Source: a virus
Taxonomy: Duplodnaviria > Caudoviricetes
IMG/VR virus record: IMGVR_UViG_3300048901_000236
Coordinates: 6,407 to 70,406 of that record
Length of the DNA stretch: 64,000 nucleotides
Reading direction: 5' to 3' (one strand)
Shown: positions 12,043 to 21,219 of the stretch, in pieces
How positions within the stretch are numbered: position 1 is the first letter of the stretch
Layout: each line of letters starts with the position of its first letter
Position numbers and translations under genes: made by a program
Notes under the pieces: model-generated
Told to the model about the DNA's origin: nothing
Databases searched by the model: none
What the model saw: only the letters and a program-made list of their open reading frames with translations

Positions 12043-12179
12043 TTACTCCCGAAGACTTCAAACTGACGCCGGACGAGATGAAAGAACTCGTTACCGGCGC
12101 ACAGAAGTATTTATCGCCGGAGCCCGATCCGGCCGACGAAGAGACCTTGACGACAACGCTTCCGAAACCCCAACCTTAA
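12039..12179 (+). CDS. small hypothetical protein (46 aa)
   Basis: ATGA overlap with the giant gene stop; [18 protein letters not shown]... Confidence 0.5.
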   Translation: MITPEDFKLTPDEMKELVTGAQKYLSPEPDPADEETLTTTLPKPQP

Positions 12180-12186
12180 TCTAGCT

Positions 12187-12822
12187 ATGGCCTTGAATTT
12201 GACTCCCCAGGATATCGTTCCCGCGGCTCCGTCGGACCAGACGGCCGCAGCAGTGCCGCCGGCGTCAGAACCGGCGTCTGATAGCGCGACATTGCCAGAA
12301 GAGGTTCTGGCAATTCCGGCTATGCACGGGCTATTAAATGGTGCTCCGCCGGCGATCTATTCGCCCAACGTCCGCCGTAATGATCCCGATTTGACCATTA
12401 TCGCGAAGAATGCAGATCCGCTGGTAAACGCCGGGTTTGGGTTTTACAAGTCCAAAGATGGAAAATACAGCGTGCTTTTCAATACGGCATATATTTCAGA
12501 AAACCAATTGAAACGAGCGGATGCCGCTGGGCATCTCACCCAAGTGGCGGCCCCTTTCGATCAGGTCCGAAGCAGCTATGACGCCGCGATCGCCGGTCCT
12601 GGCGCAGCCCCGACTACCGCTCCTATTGCAACGGATGCCGCTCCAGCCCCTGTGCCGTCAGCGGTTGCCGCGCCACAGCCGTTAACGCCTCCGATCTCGT
12701 CCGGAACACAACAGAAGATCACCACGGCTCGGCTGAAAAATCTTTCGCTCGGAAGTCCGACATCGGGTCCCGCGCCCGGGGCCGGCCGAGTGCTCAATAA
12801 CATTCTCAAATCGACGGTCTGA
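12187..12822 (+). CDS. hypothetical protein (Pro/Ala-rich, likely virion-associated)
   Basis: 211-aa ORF co-oriented with the virion module. Confidence 0.55.
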   Translation: MALNLTPQDIVPAAPSDQTAAAVPPASEPASDSATLPEEVLAIPAMHGLLNGAPPAIYSPNVRRNDPDLTIIAKNADPLVNAGFGFYKSKDGKYSVLFNTAYISENQLKRADAAGHLTQVAAPFDQVRSSYDAAIAGPGAAPTTAPIATDAAPAPVPSAVAAPQPLTPPISSGTQQKITTARLKNLSLGSPTSGPAPGAGRVLNNILKSTV

Positions 12823-12830
12823 TAAAATCT

Positions 12831-13007
12831 ATGGACGCTCCCAACAACTCCCGCGCTGAACTTGACAAGGCCGCCAATTCTGGTGCCGACGGTTCGGCGA
12901 TCACCAGTCCCTTCAACTACTCCGTCGACGAGGAAGTCGAACGCCAAAAGGCGATGGACCGCGCCACGGACAAAATCATCAACGATCCGAGCCGGCCGAT
13001 TCTTTGA
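12831..13007 (+). CDS. small hypothetical protein (58 aa)
   Basis: MDAPNNSRAELDKAANSGADG...; read manually; last + strand ORF before the convergence point. Confidence 0.45.
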   Translation: MDAPNNSRAELDKAANSGADGSAITSPFNYSVDEEVERQKAMDRATDKIINDPSRPIL

Positions 13008-13215
13008 TGCGTTTTGGGGGCGATTTAATTCGTTTCCATTCGTGGAGCATGCTGCCCGGGCCAGCCGCCAACGTCGACACGCCGACGTCAATAAATCGTC
13101 GCTCCCTTTTGTTCCAATGCCATTGGTGTCCGGCGTAGCCGCCAACAATGCTTCGGTCGATTCGGAAATACGAATTGATATGTTTACCTCTCCACCGTAG
13201 CCAAAGGGTTTTCAT
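12979..13215 (-). CDS. small basic hypothetical protein (78 aa)
   Basis: ATG at 13215 overlaps the helicase TGA (ATGA); MKTLWLRWRGKH... Confidence 0.4.
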   Translation of the reverse strand: MKTLWLRWRGKHINSYFRIDRSIVGGYAGHQWHWNKRERRFIDVGVSTLAAGPGSMLHEWKRIKSPPKRIKESAGSDR

Positions 13216-14852
13216 ATAGCACGAACGAGGATTGATTTTGCGCGAGTGACGGCCACGTAGTATACGTTGGACTCTTCGCCCTCTGTCGACTTGGACCGGA
13301 ACGAAGATTCGATCAGGCAAACTTTGTTCCACTCAAGCCCCTTCGCCTTATGCACGCTTGAGCACACCACGGCTTCTTTGCGGGCGAACGCGCTGTCCTC
13401 AAACAGCGACGTGATTTTCTGCTCGATGTCGGCGACGCTTTTGCAGTCCTGCGCAACCGCGGACAGCGTCGCGACTTGGTCCTGGACCAATTCCAGCTTC
13501 GACGATTTGTGTTTTCCGCCGGCCGCATTGATACGGGCCGATTGCTTTTCGCCCCAGGCGGTCAGCTTGCTGAAAAAATCGGGCACTGATTTCGCCTTGA
13601 GCTTGCGGACCATGCCGACGAGTTGCGTGCCGATGTCGCGGCCTTCAATCCGGGCGGAGACGCCCTTGCGGAGAAGCCCCAGGGCGATCCCCATCAGCGG
13701 AGCGTTCAGCCGGCTAAGGACGGCGTCGCCCGGGACCAAGGTGCCCATCGCTTCATCAATCGTCATGTCGACGACTTGCCCTTCGGGTGCGGACGGTGCG
13801 GCAGAGTAATCCGAAACAATTTGCTGCGCAATTTCCACAACCAGCCGGGGGCAGCGATAAGTCACCGTCAATCCAAGCTGTTTCGCATTCAACCGCTGAC
13901 GCATCAGGTTCATTCCATCCGTCGCCGCACCGCGGAAACCGTAAATCGCCTGACGGTCGTCGCCGACGATGCAGACGCGTCCGCCGACGGTGCAGGATTT
14001 GGTCGCCATCAAAAGCTGAGGCATGTTCATGTCCTGAGCTTCGTCTACAACCACCAGGGTGAATGTCGGCTTGACCCAACCGGCAGCGACGGGTAGCCAA
14101 ACCATGTCGTTAAACGAAACGCGGTCAGCGTGGTCGCGCACCAGAGATTGTTTCAGCACTTCGATTGCAAGCTGGGCGATCTTTGCCGGCGGAAAATCTT
14201 GCTCCATGCCGTCCGGGACCGTGACGTTGCGGGAATCGGCAATGTCCAACACGGTGTTCAGGTTGGGGATCTCCGTCGTGAGATTTTTGCAGAATCCCAC
14301 CAGCTTGAGGACGGGGGAAATAATGTCCTCATGCAGCTTCGGTTCAACCGCCATCAGCCGGTCTTGTTCGACTTCGTCGTCCGGCTTGGCGTCGCGCCAG
14401 ACGTTTTTGATGAACCAAAATCCCAAGGAATGGAGGGTGCGGACCGTCACGCGGCTGTCGGTGATCTTCTCCTGGGCTTCCCGCTGGTTTTTCTTGTTGA
14501 AAACGGCATAGAGGAATGATCCCTGCTCGGGTGCGTGTGTAAACGCTTCCTTAATGGTGGTGGTTTTTCCGGTGCCGGCGCGGGCCTGAACGACCAGATT
14601 GCGGGCCCCAACGCCTTCCGCAAACCATGCGAAAATGGCCTTCTGTTCGTCGGACCAGGAAACGTCAGCACGCGGCGTCGTCGGGGCAGCGGACGGCGTA
14701 GGAGAGATCATTTCCCGGGCGGTTGCCGCGAGATCGGAACGGATCATCCAGCAACGGTCTTCGGCGTTCCAACGGGCTCCCAGATTCTTCAGGCGGTCCT
14801 TGACCGGATAAGTATTTCCGACTAGCGCAACCCATTCAATCGTTTTGTTCAT
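13212..14852 (-). CDS. UvrD/Rep-like superfamily 1 helicase with small N-terminal extra domain
   Basis: ARAGTGKTT (Walker A), VVDEAQD (Walker B), VGDDRQAIYGFRGA, LTVTYRCP, SVHKAKGLEW, YVAVTRAK; N-terminal YPVKDRLKNLGARWN module. Confidence 0.92.
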   Translation of the reverse strand: MNKTIEWVALVGNTYPVKDRLKNLGARWNAEDRCWMIRSDLAATAREMISPTPSAAPTTPRADVSWSDEQKAIFAWFAEGVGARNLVVQARAGTGKTTTIKEAFTHAPEQGSFLYAVFNKKNQREAQEKITDSRVTVRTLHSLGFWFIKNVWRDAKPDDEVEQDRLMAVEPKLHEDIISPVLKLVGFCKNLTTEIPNLNTVLDIADSRNVTVPDGMEQDFPPAKIAQLAIEVLKQSLVRDHADRVSFNDMVWLPVAAGWVKPTFTLVVVDEAQDMNMPQLLMATKSCTVGGRVCIVGDDRQAIYGFRGAATDGMNLMRQRLNAKQLGLTVTYRCPRLVVEIAQQIVSDYSAAPSAPEGQVVDMTIDEAMGTLVPGDAVLSRLNAPLMGIALGLLRKGVSARIEGRDIGTQLVGMVRKLKAKSVPDFFSKLTAWGEKQSARINAAGGKHKSSKLELVQDQVATLSAVAQDCKSVADIEQKITSLFEDSAFARKEAVVCSSVHKAKGLEWNKVCLIESSFRSKSTEGEESNVYYVAVTRAKSILVRAI

Positions 14853-14858
14853 GTGGTT

Positions 14859-14887
14859 AAATTACCACAATCAATTCTGCTTGTCAA
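14859..14887 (-). promoter_or_regulatory. sigma70-like promoter (class I), probably leaderless
   Basis: TTGACA-N17-TAATTT preceded by TGTGG; ATG 14852 follows 6 nt after the -10. Confidence 0.7.
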
Positions 14888-14888
14888 G

Positions 14889-15098
14889 TCATGATTGAAG
14901 ATGTGTCCATTTTTTCCCGGACGAAAATCCATAATGTTCAAAGATTTCTCGTCCATCCTGGGCATTATGCGTGATCACTGGCCCATTGCTCCAGACTTCT
15001 CCATCGATAGGATCCCAATATTCGACTTTCGGGCAGCAAATACATCCAGCGTTGAGTTTATGACGAATCGTGTCGTCAATAGGAATCACATTGATCAT
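14889..15098 (-). CDS. conserved-type phage hypothetical protein (His/Cys motif)
   Basis: MINVIPIDD..H...CICCP...HNAQDGRE; ATGA-coupled to upstream ORF. Confidence 0.55.
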   Translation of the reverse strand: MINVIPIDDTIRHKLNAGCICCPKVEYWDPIDGEVWSNGPVITHNAQDGREIFEHYGFSSGKKWTHLQS

Positions 15099-15229
15099 GC
15101 TTCGGCTTTGCATTCGGGGCAATATGGCCGGTCCTCCGGGCCTCCGCCTTCGACGAGCCCGCAACCGCAGTGCTCGCACCAGGAAATACCCTCGGCTGTC
15201 TCGGCTTGTTGGTCTGGATCGTCAGTCAT
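15095..15229 (-). CDS. small zinc-ribbon protein (44 aa)
   Basis: CEHC...CPEC; ATGA overlaps at both ends. Confidence 0.55.
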   Translation of the reverse strand: MTDDPDQQAETAEGISWCEHCGCGLVEGGGPEDRPYCPECKAEA

Positions 15230-15705
15230 GTTGGAAAATTAAGCTGAGCGAATTCTCCAAAAAGCCGTTTTGCGGCGGCATCATAGGCTCGGGCCGCGCT
15301 TTCTTCAGAAGAGAAGATGCCCAAATATTCCCGGCCTCCGACGGGCTGTATATTAGCTTCCCATTTTCCTCGGTTTTGGCGCACTCCGCGAAATCTACTG
15401 GTCGTTCCGGTAGCCTTGCGAGCGAAACCTCGCCGATTTTGTTTCGGCGTCCGCAATTCCAAATTTTTCCGTCGATTGTTTAGGGGATCGCCGTCGATAT
15501 GATGGACTTCTAGATGATCCGGAGCATCGAGGATTTCCCGAGAGAGATAGATGCCTCGGCGCGGCCCCAAAGTGCGAGAGGAATTCCGCATCGCATACCA
15601 TTGAGAGCCATTCCAAACCGCCCGGTATTTATGGCGCGAGACTTTAGAAAAATCTTCGTCGTCCACCTGGGCGAAGAGTCCTCGGGTAAGAGGTAATTTT
15701 TTCAT
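15226..15705 (-). CDS. HNH-AP2 homing endonuclease
   Basis: VHHIDGDPLNNRRKNL (HNH) followed by SRFRGV...W.A.I...YLGIFSSEESAARAYDAAA...FAQLNF (AP2). Confidence 0.92.
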   Translation of the reverse strand: MKKLPLTRGLFAQVDDEDFSKVSRHKYRAVWNGSQWYAMRNSSRTLGPRRGIYLSREILDAPDHLEVHHIDGDPLNNRRKNLELRTPKQNRRGFARKATGTTSRFRGVRQNRGKWEANIQPVGGREYLGIFSSEESAARAYDAAAKRLFGEFAQLNFPT

Positions 15706-16970
15706 GAGATCGGGAAATTTTCGGGAATGTAATAGGGCCTCGGCCCATCAGTTTTTGCGAATTTCAGTTGTATCGAGTAGCTAGCGGATTTTCCATACTT
15801 CGGATGCACAAAGAAGAATGTTTGGCTGGGGTCTACTGGAGAAAATCCCCCTATCAGCCCATAGCAATCCATACCCGGGAATCCGCCGTTGATGATCACG
15901 GAGCCGCGCGCATGCGGAAGGGCGATTTCTCGATGGAGATGTCCCAATAAAAAATATTGTGGGGATGGCTGACCAGTCTTGCCAAAAAGCTGCGCATTGG
16001 AACTTACCATTCGACCAACCGCATGGTTTGGAATTCCCAGGGCACGGTCGCCGCCCTTCAACGCGTCTCCATGAGACAGATGAAACAAAAAACCTTGCAC
16101 GTCGAACACGCTAAACGGCTGCATGTCAATCGACCATTCGATCGAGGGGATCTCCCGGGTCAAGGCTTGAACATGGGCGGCTAAAAAATGATCCAAATTG
16201 CTGAACCGATTTGTGGTGGGCATTTTTTTCTGCGAGGGAAATCGAGGATGGTTGCCCACTGTAGTTTGCACGCGAATTTTTGGAACTAACGGTGCGAGAT
16301 TTCGCAAGAATTGCGCTAAGGCGTGACTACCTGCATAAAATTGAGTGAAAAGAGTGCTGTGCTGTGCAGCCTCCGCTCCGTGATTCAGCGCGCCGTCTAG
16401 TAGATCTCCGCCGAGAGCAACCACCAATTCGGGCACCGGAGTATTCGTGTGGTCTCGGAGAATCGATCGAATTGATTCTTCCAGGAACTTCAATCGAGCA
16501 AGAAAAATATTGAAATTATAGCCTCCGAACCCCAATGTCTGTTCGGGGGTGATAATCTGTCCGATATGACAATCAGACAAAAGCAATACTGCCGATTGCG
16601 GGGATCCTTCGCCGCGCGAAACTTTGGGAACGGGCGGATTGGGCAAATAAGAAATCGGGGCCAAATCTTTAGCGATGCTCACAAGCCGTTCAACCGCGCT
16701 ATTCTCCGACAACGCGCGTTCATACTTCGCGCGCTGTTCCTGATACTGCTTTTTCCAATAGTCGTTGCCGGCGCGTTCCTGGTCGGCTTCGTAGGTTGTT
16801 GGCGCGGGAGCCGGCGGATTCTTCCGGGCATCGGGCGGAGATGCCGCCGCCATGCGTTGACGTTTTCCGCGGATTGCGGCTTCTGATCGGCCGGTGCGCT
16901 TCGCTACTTCGGCATTTGAAAGCGACAGATCGGTCAACAGGGCGAGATCTCCAGATGTCCAGGTTTTCAT
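15702..16970 (-). CDS. metallophosphoesterase (calcineurin-like) with N-terminal HTH and coiled coil
   Basis: SDCHIG, GGDLLDG, VGNH, SHGD, GHLH motifs; N-terminal SNAEVAKRTGRSEAAIR. Confidence 0.85.
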   Translation of the reverse strand: MKTWTSGDLALLTDLSLSNAEVAKRTGRSEAAIRGKRQRMAAASPPDARKNPPAPAPTTYEADQERAGNDYWKKQYQEQRAKYERALSENSAVERLVSIAKDLAPISYLPNPPVPKVSRGEGSPQSAVLLLSDCHIGQIITPEQTLGFGGYNFNIFLARLKFLEESIRSILRDHTNTPVPELVVALGGDLLDGALNHGAEAAQHSTLFTQFYAGSHALAQFLRNLAPLVPKIRVQTTVGNHPRFPSQKKMPTTNRFSNLDHFLAAHVQALTREIPSIEWSIDMQPFSVFDVQGFLFHLSHGDALKGGDRALGIPNHAVGRMVSSNAQLFGKTGQPSPQYFLLGHLHREIALPHARGSVIINGGFPGMDCYGLIGGFSPVDPSQTFFFVHPKYGKSASYSIQLKFAKTDGPRPYYIPENFPIS

Positions 16971-17542
16971 TTTTTGCGTTTACTGACGGGCTTCGGGTTT
17001 TGGGGTTCTTCTAACGATTGCTGTTTTTCGAAAATTTGGACAACCTGATCTTTCGGCGCGCGGTGGAATGCCGCGTCAAAATCGAGCAGCGCGGCCGCCG
17101 GCGTTAATCCCTTTCCGTAAATGCACGCTCCGGCAGTGTAAGGGTCCCCCCAGAAGGCGAGATATCCGTCCTGAAAAACCATGACGGTGGGTTTCATCTG
17201 AAAGGCCGGACGTTGCATCTCGGCCGCGGATGCCGCTTGCGTCTTCAAAAAAGCTTGCTGGCTTTTCTGGGTTTCGACGATGGCATTGTAAAGTTCATCG
17301 TGCTTGTTGAGATTCCAGCGGGACGGATCATCCAAAATCCGGTCGATGGCATCACACGTTTTCACGAACGTGGTCAGCGCTGCCGCCGCGGCACCGCCAT
17401 CCAATTTCGCCGGAACGCCGTCGACGTCATTTATCGGTTCCAGCAACCACGGTTCCAGCGATCGGGAGATTGCGAGCAACGCAGAAAGTTGCTGGGCGGT
17501 TGTGGCTTCGCGGGAGGGGATCGGTTCAGAATGTCGGCTCAT
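16967..17542 (-). CDS. hypothetical protein
   Basis: 191-aa ORF overlapping its neighbours in the operon. Confidence 0.55.
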   Translation of the reverse strand: MSRHSEPIPSREATTAQQLSALLAISRSLEPWLLEPINDVDGVPAKLDGGAAAAALTTFVKTCDAIDRILDDPSRWNLNKHDELYNAIVETQKSQQAFLKTQAASAAEMQRPAFQMKPTVMVFQDGYLAFWGDPYTAGACIYGKGLTPAAALLDFDAAFHRAPKDQVVQIFEKQQSLEEPQNPKPVSKRKK

Positions 17543-18074
17543 GATGATTCAGAATCTTATGCCCCCAGGCCAAAAGCCAGAGTGCATCCACTGCGTTATC
17601 ATCTAATAAGGTGCCACACTTCCGACGTTTGACAAGTCCTTTTTCGAGTGAGTATTGATCCGGCCATCGGGCGACCAGCGCCCGCGCCATCGCCGGCTTG
17701 TCGGCCGCTCCAGACCCGGTTGCGTGGATTTTGAGCTTACCCGTTTCCAGACAATCGATCTTCAGACCGTGCTGTTCGGCAAATGCCCAAACGATTCCTC
17801 TAAATGAAGACCAAAGCTGCACTTGAGCAAGTGATTTTCCGAATCTTACGTCCTCGAAAAGAATCCAATCAAGCCCTCCAGCCCAGCCGTTGATCCCCAT
17901 CAAATTCCGCCATAGCGCGGCTGCCCGAAGATCCAGTCGACGATCCCAGCGCATAGATCGGGAAGCTTTTACCGTCTTGTCAGACACAAGTTCCCAGGTT
18001 CCCACCTTGTGATCCCCTGGAATAACCGTAGCATATCCGGTTTTCGTGCCCAGATCCAACGCGAGAATTTTCAT
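17526..18074 (-). CDS. RuvC-like Holliday junction resolvase
   Basis: ILALDLGTKTG, ILFEDV, DDNAVDAL acidic catalytic pattern. Confidence 0.82.
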   Translation of the reverse strand: MKILALDLGTKTGYATVIPGDHKVGTWELVSDKTVKASRSMRWDRRLDLRAAALWRNLMGINGWAGGLDWILFEDVRFGKSLAQVQLWSSFRGIVWAFAEQHGLKIDCLETGKLKIHATGSGAADKPAMARALVARWPDQYSLEKGLVKRRKCGTLLDDNAVDALWLLAWGHKILNHHEPTF

Positions 18075-18826
18075 CGGTCGACCCCCGAGTCGGCCATCGA
18101 GCGCACCATTCGTTTTCTCAGCTTCTCGATCGCGCGGTTCTTTATTTGATGGACATATCGCCGGTCCTTCAAACTGATTTTGATGGCGATGTCATCCAAA
18201 GTCATTCGTTCTTCTCCGAAATAGAGCCGGATTACCAGGGCTTCTTGCTCGGTCAGCGCGTCTTTGGCGGATTCCAGCAAAGCCAACAAAAATTCAGCAT
18301 GTTCGTCTTGTTCGACCGTTTGTTCTTCTGACGGTTCGTGGTGTCGACGATTTCGCTTCACCAATGTATCGTTGGGTCCGGTCTCGCCATCGCCATGGCT
18401 GGTAATTCCGGATTGGACGAACCCGGCCGCAGTCCCGACACGACCATCATCCAATGGCACTCCGGAATGTCCGCCCTCGGGGGTATCTACCGCGTTCTTT
18501 GATCGCCACAATGTGGCGATAGCTCCGCGGATAAACGGTCGAAGAAAGCTACTGAACCGGTTGGGACGCGTGTGGTCGAATCGGCCGAAGGCCTGCATCA
18601 ATGCTTCATTGGCCGCGCTGATTACTTCGTCTTCAGGCAGCTTTCCGCGAGACCATTTCCGGCCTTCATTGGCGGCGAATAGTAGATGATTCATGATCAG
18701 AAAATCGCTGGCTTCTCGATCGCCGGCGCGGGCCTTGATGAAAAGATCTCGCTCCTGGTCGTGCGCGATGTTCGTGTAGGTCAAATCGGTTCCTTCACGA
18801 TAGTATTTGTTATTGGTTGCACTCAT
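18071..18826 (-). CDS. phage-encoded sigma70-family RNA polymerase sigma factor
   Basis: Region 2 (ARAGDREA...EALMQAFGRFD...FSSFLRPFIRGAI) and region 4 HTH (LTEQEALVIRLYF...TLDDIA...YVHQIKNRAIEKLR). Confidence 0.85.
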   Translation of the reverse strand: MSATNNKYYREGTDLTYTNIAHDQERDLFIKARAGDREASDFLIMNHLLFAANEGRKWSRGKLPEDEVISAANEALMQAFGRFDHTRPNRFSSFLRPFIRGAIATLWRSKNAVDTPEGGHSGVPLDDGRVGTAAGFVQSGITSHGDGETGPNDTLVKRNRRHHEPSEEQTVEQDEHAEFLLALLESAKDALTEQEALVIRLYFGEERMTLDDIAIKISLKDRRYVHQIKNRAIEKLRKRMVRSMADSGVDR

Positions 18827-21042
18827 GATTTTTGGAATCCAGACGGACCGGTCGATTTGGGAGTTTGGAGCATTTTAGTTCTGGGAAATCGAGTCTCGTC
18901 CCGATGAATTGTGAAGATACGGCTTCCTTCACCGCCGGAGACCGAGATGTCGAAAACTTTCTTGGCGGCCAATGAGATCATCATTCGGCCGACCGATTGC
19001 ACGTTGAACGGCTTCATCGCCTCGCAGATCGTCGGGTCGAGCATGATCGATTTATGGAGTTGCAGCGCGGTGCCCTCCCACTTGTCGGCGTGCGGCTCGC
19101 GCTCCGTGAAGTGGGCCCGGGTAAACTCCTCCAGGATCTCGGCGAACGTGCCGGAAATCGAGGATTGGTTCGCCGTGTTGACCAGCGACGGTTCGAGATA
19201 GTTGCGGACTCCGAACCGGGGATCCGCCGACTGGCATTCGACGGGGATTTGATAATCGAGCAGATAGCGCGCGAACAACGGCAACTCGCGGGCCAACATC
19301 GCTTCCATTTTGTCCTGGGTCATGAACGCGATTTTCGAGACTTCAACAGTCCGGAAAATCATGATTTTCTCGCGAAGCGAAATATCGAGATCCGGCAGCA
19401 TCCGGACAGATTCGGCATCCGTATTCAACGTGATAATGATGCGTCCCTGCCAAGCCACGGTATTGGCCTTCAAAAATTTTCCATTGCAACGAATCGACGG
19501 ATTGGCGACGATCCGTTTAATCATTTCGGAGAATCGTTTGTGCGCCTTGAAGTCGGATGCGATGCTGGCGTCATCAATGCACCACAAACCGCAATCGAAA
19601 AGCTCGGAATTGAACGTGTCCTCGCCCATGAGAAACTGGTTGGCTTCGCAGAATCCGCCGACGAGCCCGCCGATGATGCCGCGGCTTAGGAATGTCTTTC
19701 CGACGCTAGTGCCGCCGGCGATGAACACGCAATGTCCGCTCCGCGGGGCGCGTAAATAGCACGAGCGGTAGAAGTAGGACAGCCAGGAGATGAAATAGAC
19801 AAGCTGGTCCTCCGTCAAAAATAGGTTATGCAGAAAATTCGCGATCCACGGAAAGTCTCCGGGTTCGGGGGATGGCGCGAGCGCTTTTCGGGTATGAGTA
19901 TTCAGAACTTTTTCGCCCAGCACTGTGATTTCTCCTTCGGGGTAAAACGCAAACGGGGCCGCCGTTTTAATGCGTTGGTTTCGTTGTATGTAGACCAGAC
20001 CGCGTTCGATCTCGGTCGTTGTGTCTCCCTTCCGCTTGATGTCCGACAAACCGCGTTCCTGCTTGAGCAGCCCAACAATATTTTCCTTCGGATCAATGCA
20101 CCAAATCCCCTGGGAGTTTTTGGAGAAGTAGTGTTTTTCGTCGTAGAAAATTCCGGTGACTGCGGAACCCAACTGCTCGGTTTTGAACCGCGCGCAAAAA
20201 TCGCCGCCGATCAACTCGGCCCAGTTGAAAAACGGCTTGTGCGCGTGGCCAGAGAATGTCTGCATCCCGGTCTCGCGGACGATCGCGGACTTCGGCGATT
20301 CGCTGGCGTCAACCCAAAACGACGGCCCCTGGGCGTCAAGCGTGAAATCGCCGGGCCATTCAGCGAACTTCGGATATTTGATCCGGAGCTGCTGGGCGAC
20401 GACATCGAGCGGAATCGACACACCGAATTCGGGGCCGCGGAAATCGAATTTGGCCGAGACGCGGACCAGATGACCGACTAGCAGCGCGTGCGGGACCGGT
20501 AGCGGGTTCAGTTTCTGCCAGCGGCATCCGTTGGTGTAATACCGTTCGGGCGCCTTGAGCGCGCCCTCGTCGATCCCGGCCATCTGACGAAATGGGATGA
20601 TTTGATCCAGCGACAGACACCACGCGACGGCGAACGCATACGACGGAATCGGAATCGGTTTTGCGTAGAGCCAAATCAGCCGGCAATTGCCCGACAAAGT
20701 TGTCTCGCGCCAGTTCGGTTTAATGTCCATGCGCGCAATCGCCGCCTCGATCTCGGCCTCGGTCAGCGCGTAATCGTAGTCAGTCGCGTGGCCGTGTGCG
20801 TATTGCGGCGGATTGCCTTCGTCGTCTTTGGATCCGCTGGGCCCCCGGATGCGAAGATTGCTATTGACTCCCTCCCAAAGCGAATACGCGTGAAAATCGG
20901 TTAGAGGAGCCGTCATCCAATCGGTGCGGGCTGACTTGCCGGTCTTGCCCAGGCACTCCGCGGGAACGTCTTCGATCTTCGTGAATTCCCACGGGTCGCC
21001 CCGTTCAACCGAGACGGAGGACAAATTCTTTAGATAGAACAT
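18823..21042 (-). CDS. primase-helicase (C-terminal SF3/DUF5906-type helicase)
   Basis: GGTSVGKTFL Walker A, WCIDDA Walker B, IRCNGKF, IIITLN; 739 aa next to the DNA polymerase. Confidence 0.8.
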   Translation of the reverse strand: MFYLKNLSSVSVERGDPWEFTKIEDVPAECLGKTGKSARTDWMTAPLTDFHAYSLWEGVNSNLRIRGPSGSKDDEGNPPQYAHGHATDYDYALTEAEIEAAIARMDIKPNWRETTLSGNCRLIWLYAKPIPIPSYAFAVAWCLSLDQIIPFRQMAGIDEGALKAPERYYTNGCRWQKLNPLPVPHALLVGHLVRVSAKFDFRGPEFGVSIPLDVVAQQLRIKYPKFAEWPGDFTLDAQGPSFWVDASESPKSAIVRETGMQTFSGHAHKPFFNWAELIGGDFCARFKTEQLGSAVTGIFYDEKHYFSKNSQGIWCIDPKENIVGLLKQERGLSDIKRKGDTTTEIERGLVYIQRNQRIKTAAPFAFYPEGEITVLGEKVLNTHTRKALAPSPEPGDFPWIANFLHNLFLTEDQLVYFISWLSYFYRSCYLRAPRSGHCVFIAGGTSVGKTFLSRGIIGGLVGGFCEANQFLMGEDTFNSELFDCGLWCIDDASIASDFKAHKRFSEMIKRIVANPSIRCNGKFLKANTVAWQGRIIITLNTDAESVRMLPDLDISLREKIMIFRTVEVSKIAFMTQDKMEAMLARELPLFARYLLDYQIPVECQSADPRFGVRNYLEPSLVNTANQSSISGTFAEILEEFTRAHFTEREPHADKWEGTALQLHKSIMLDPTICEAMKPFNVQSVGRMMISLAAKKVFDISVSGGEGSRIFTIHRDETRFPRTKMLQTPKSTGPSGFQKS

Positions 21043-21219
21043 GCTGGAAGGTCAGTATGCAGGGTAGGCGAAGCCTCCACAACCTTTTTGTTGGCGGATT
21101 CGAGATACGCCGCGGCGGCGCGCAGCCGTTCCGGCGAGTCGCTGAGTTGGCCGATTCCTTGTTTGCTTCCAAAAGTCGTCATCGGGTTTCGTCTCTTTGC
21201 AAGAATGGCAAGTTTTCAT
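21030..21219 (-). pseudogene. internally deleted, frameshifted endonuclease VII remnant
   Basis: Starts by ATGA overlap with pol stop as MKTCHSCKETKP; a shifted frame reads KQGIGQLSDSPERLRAAAAYLES, matching the EndoVII C-terminus (cf. PGLGKFFDSPDLCRRAAEYLE at 59108-59494); the HNH core is absent. Confidence 0.7.
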
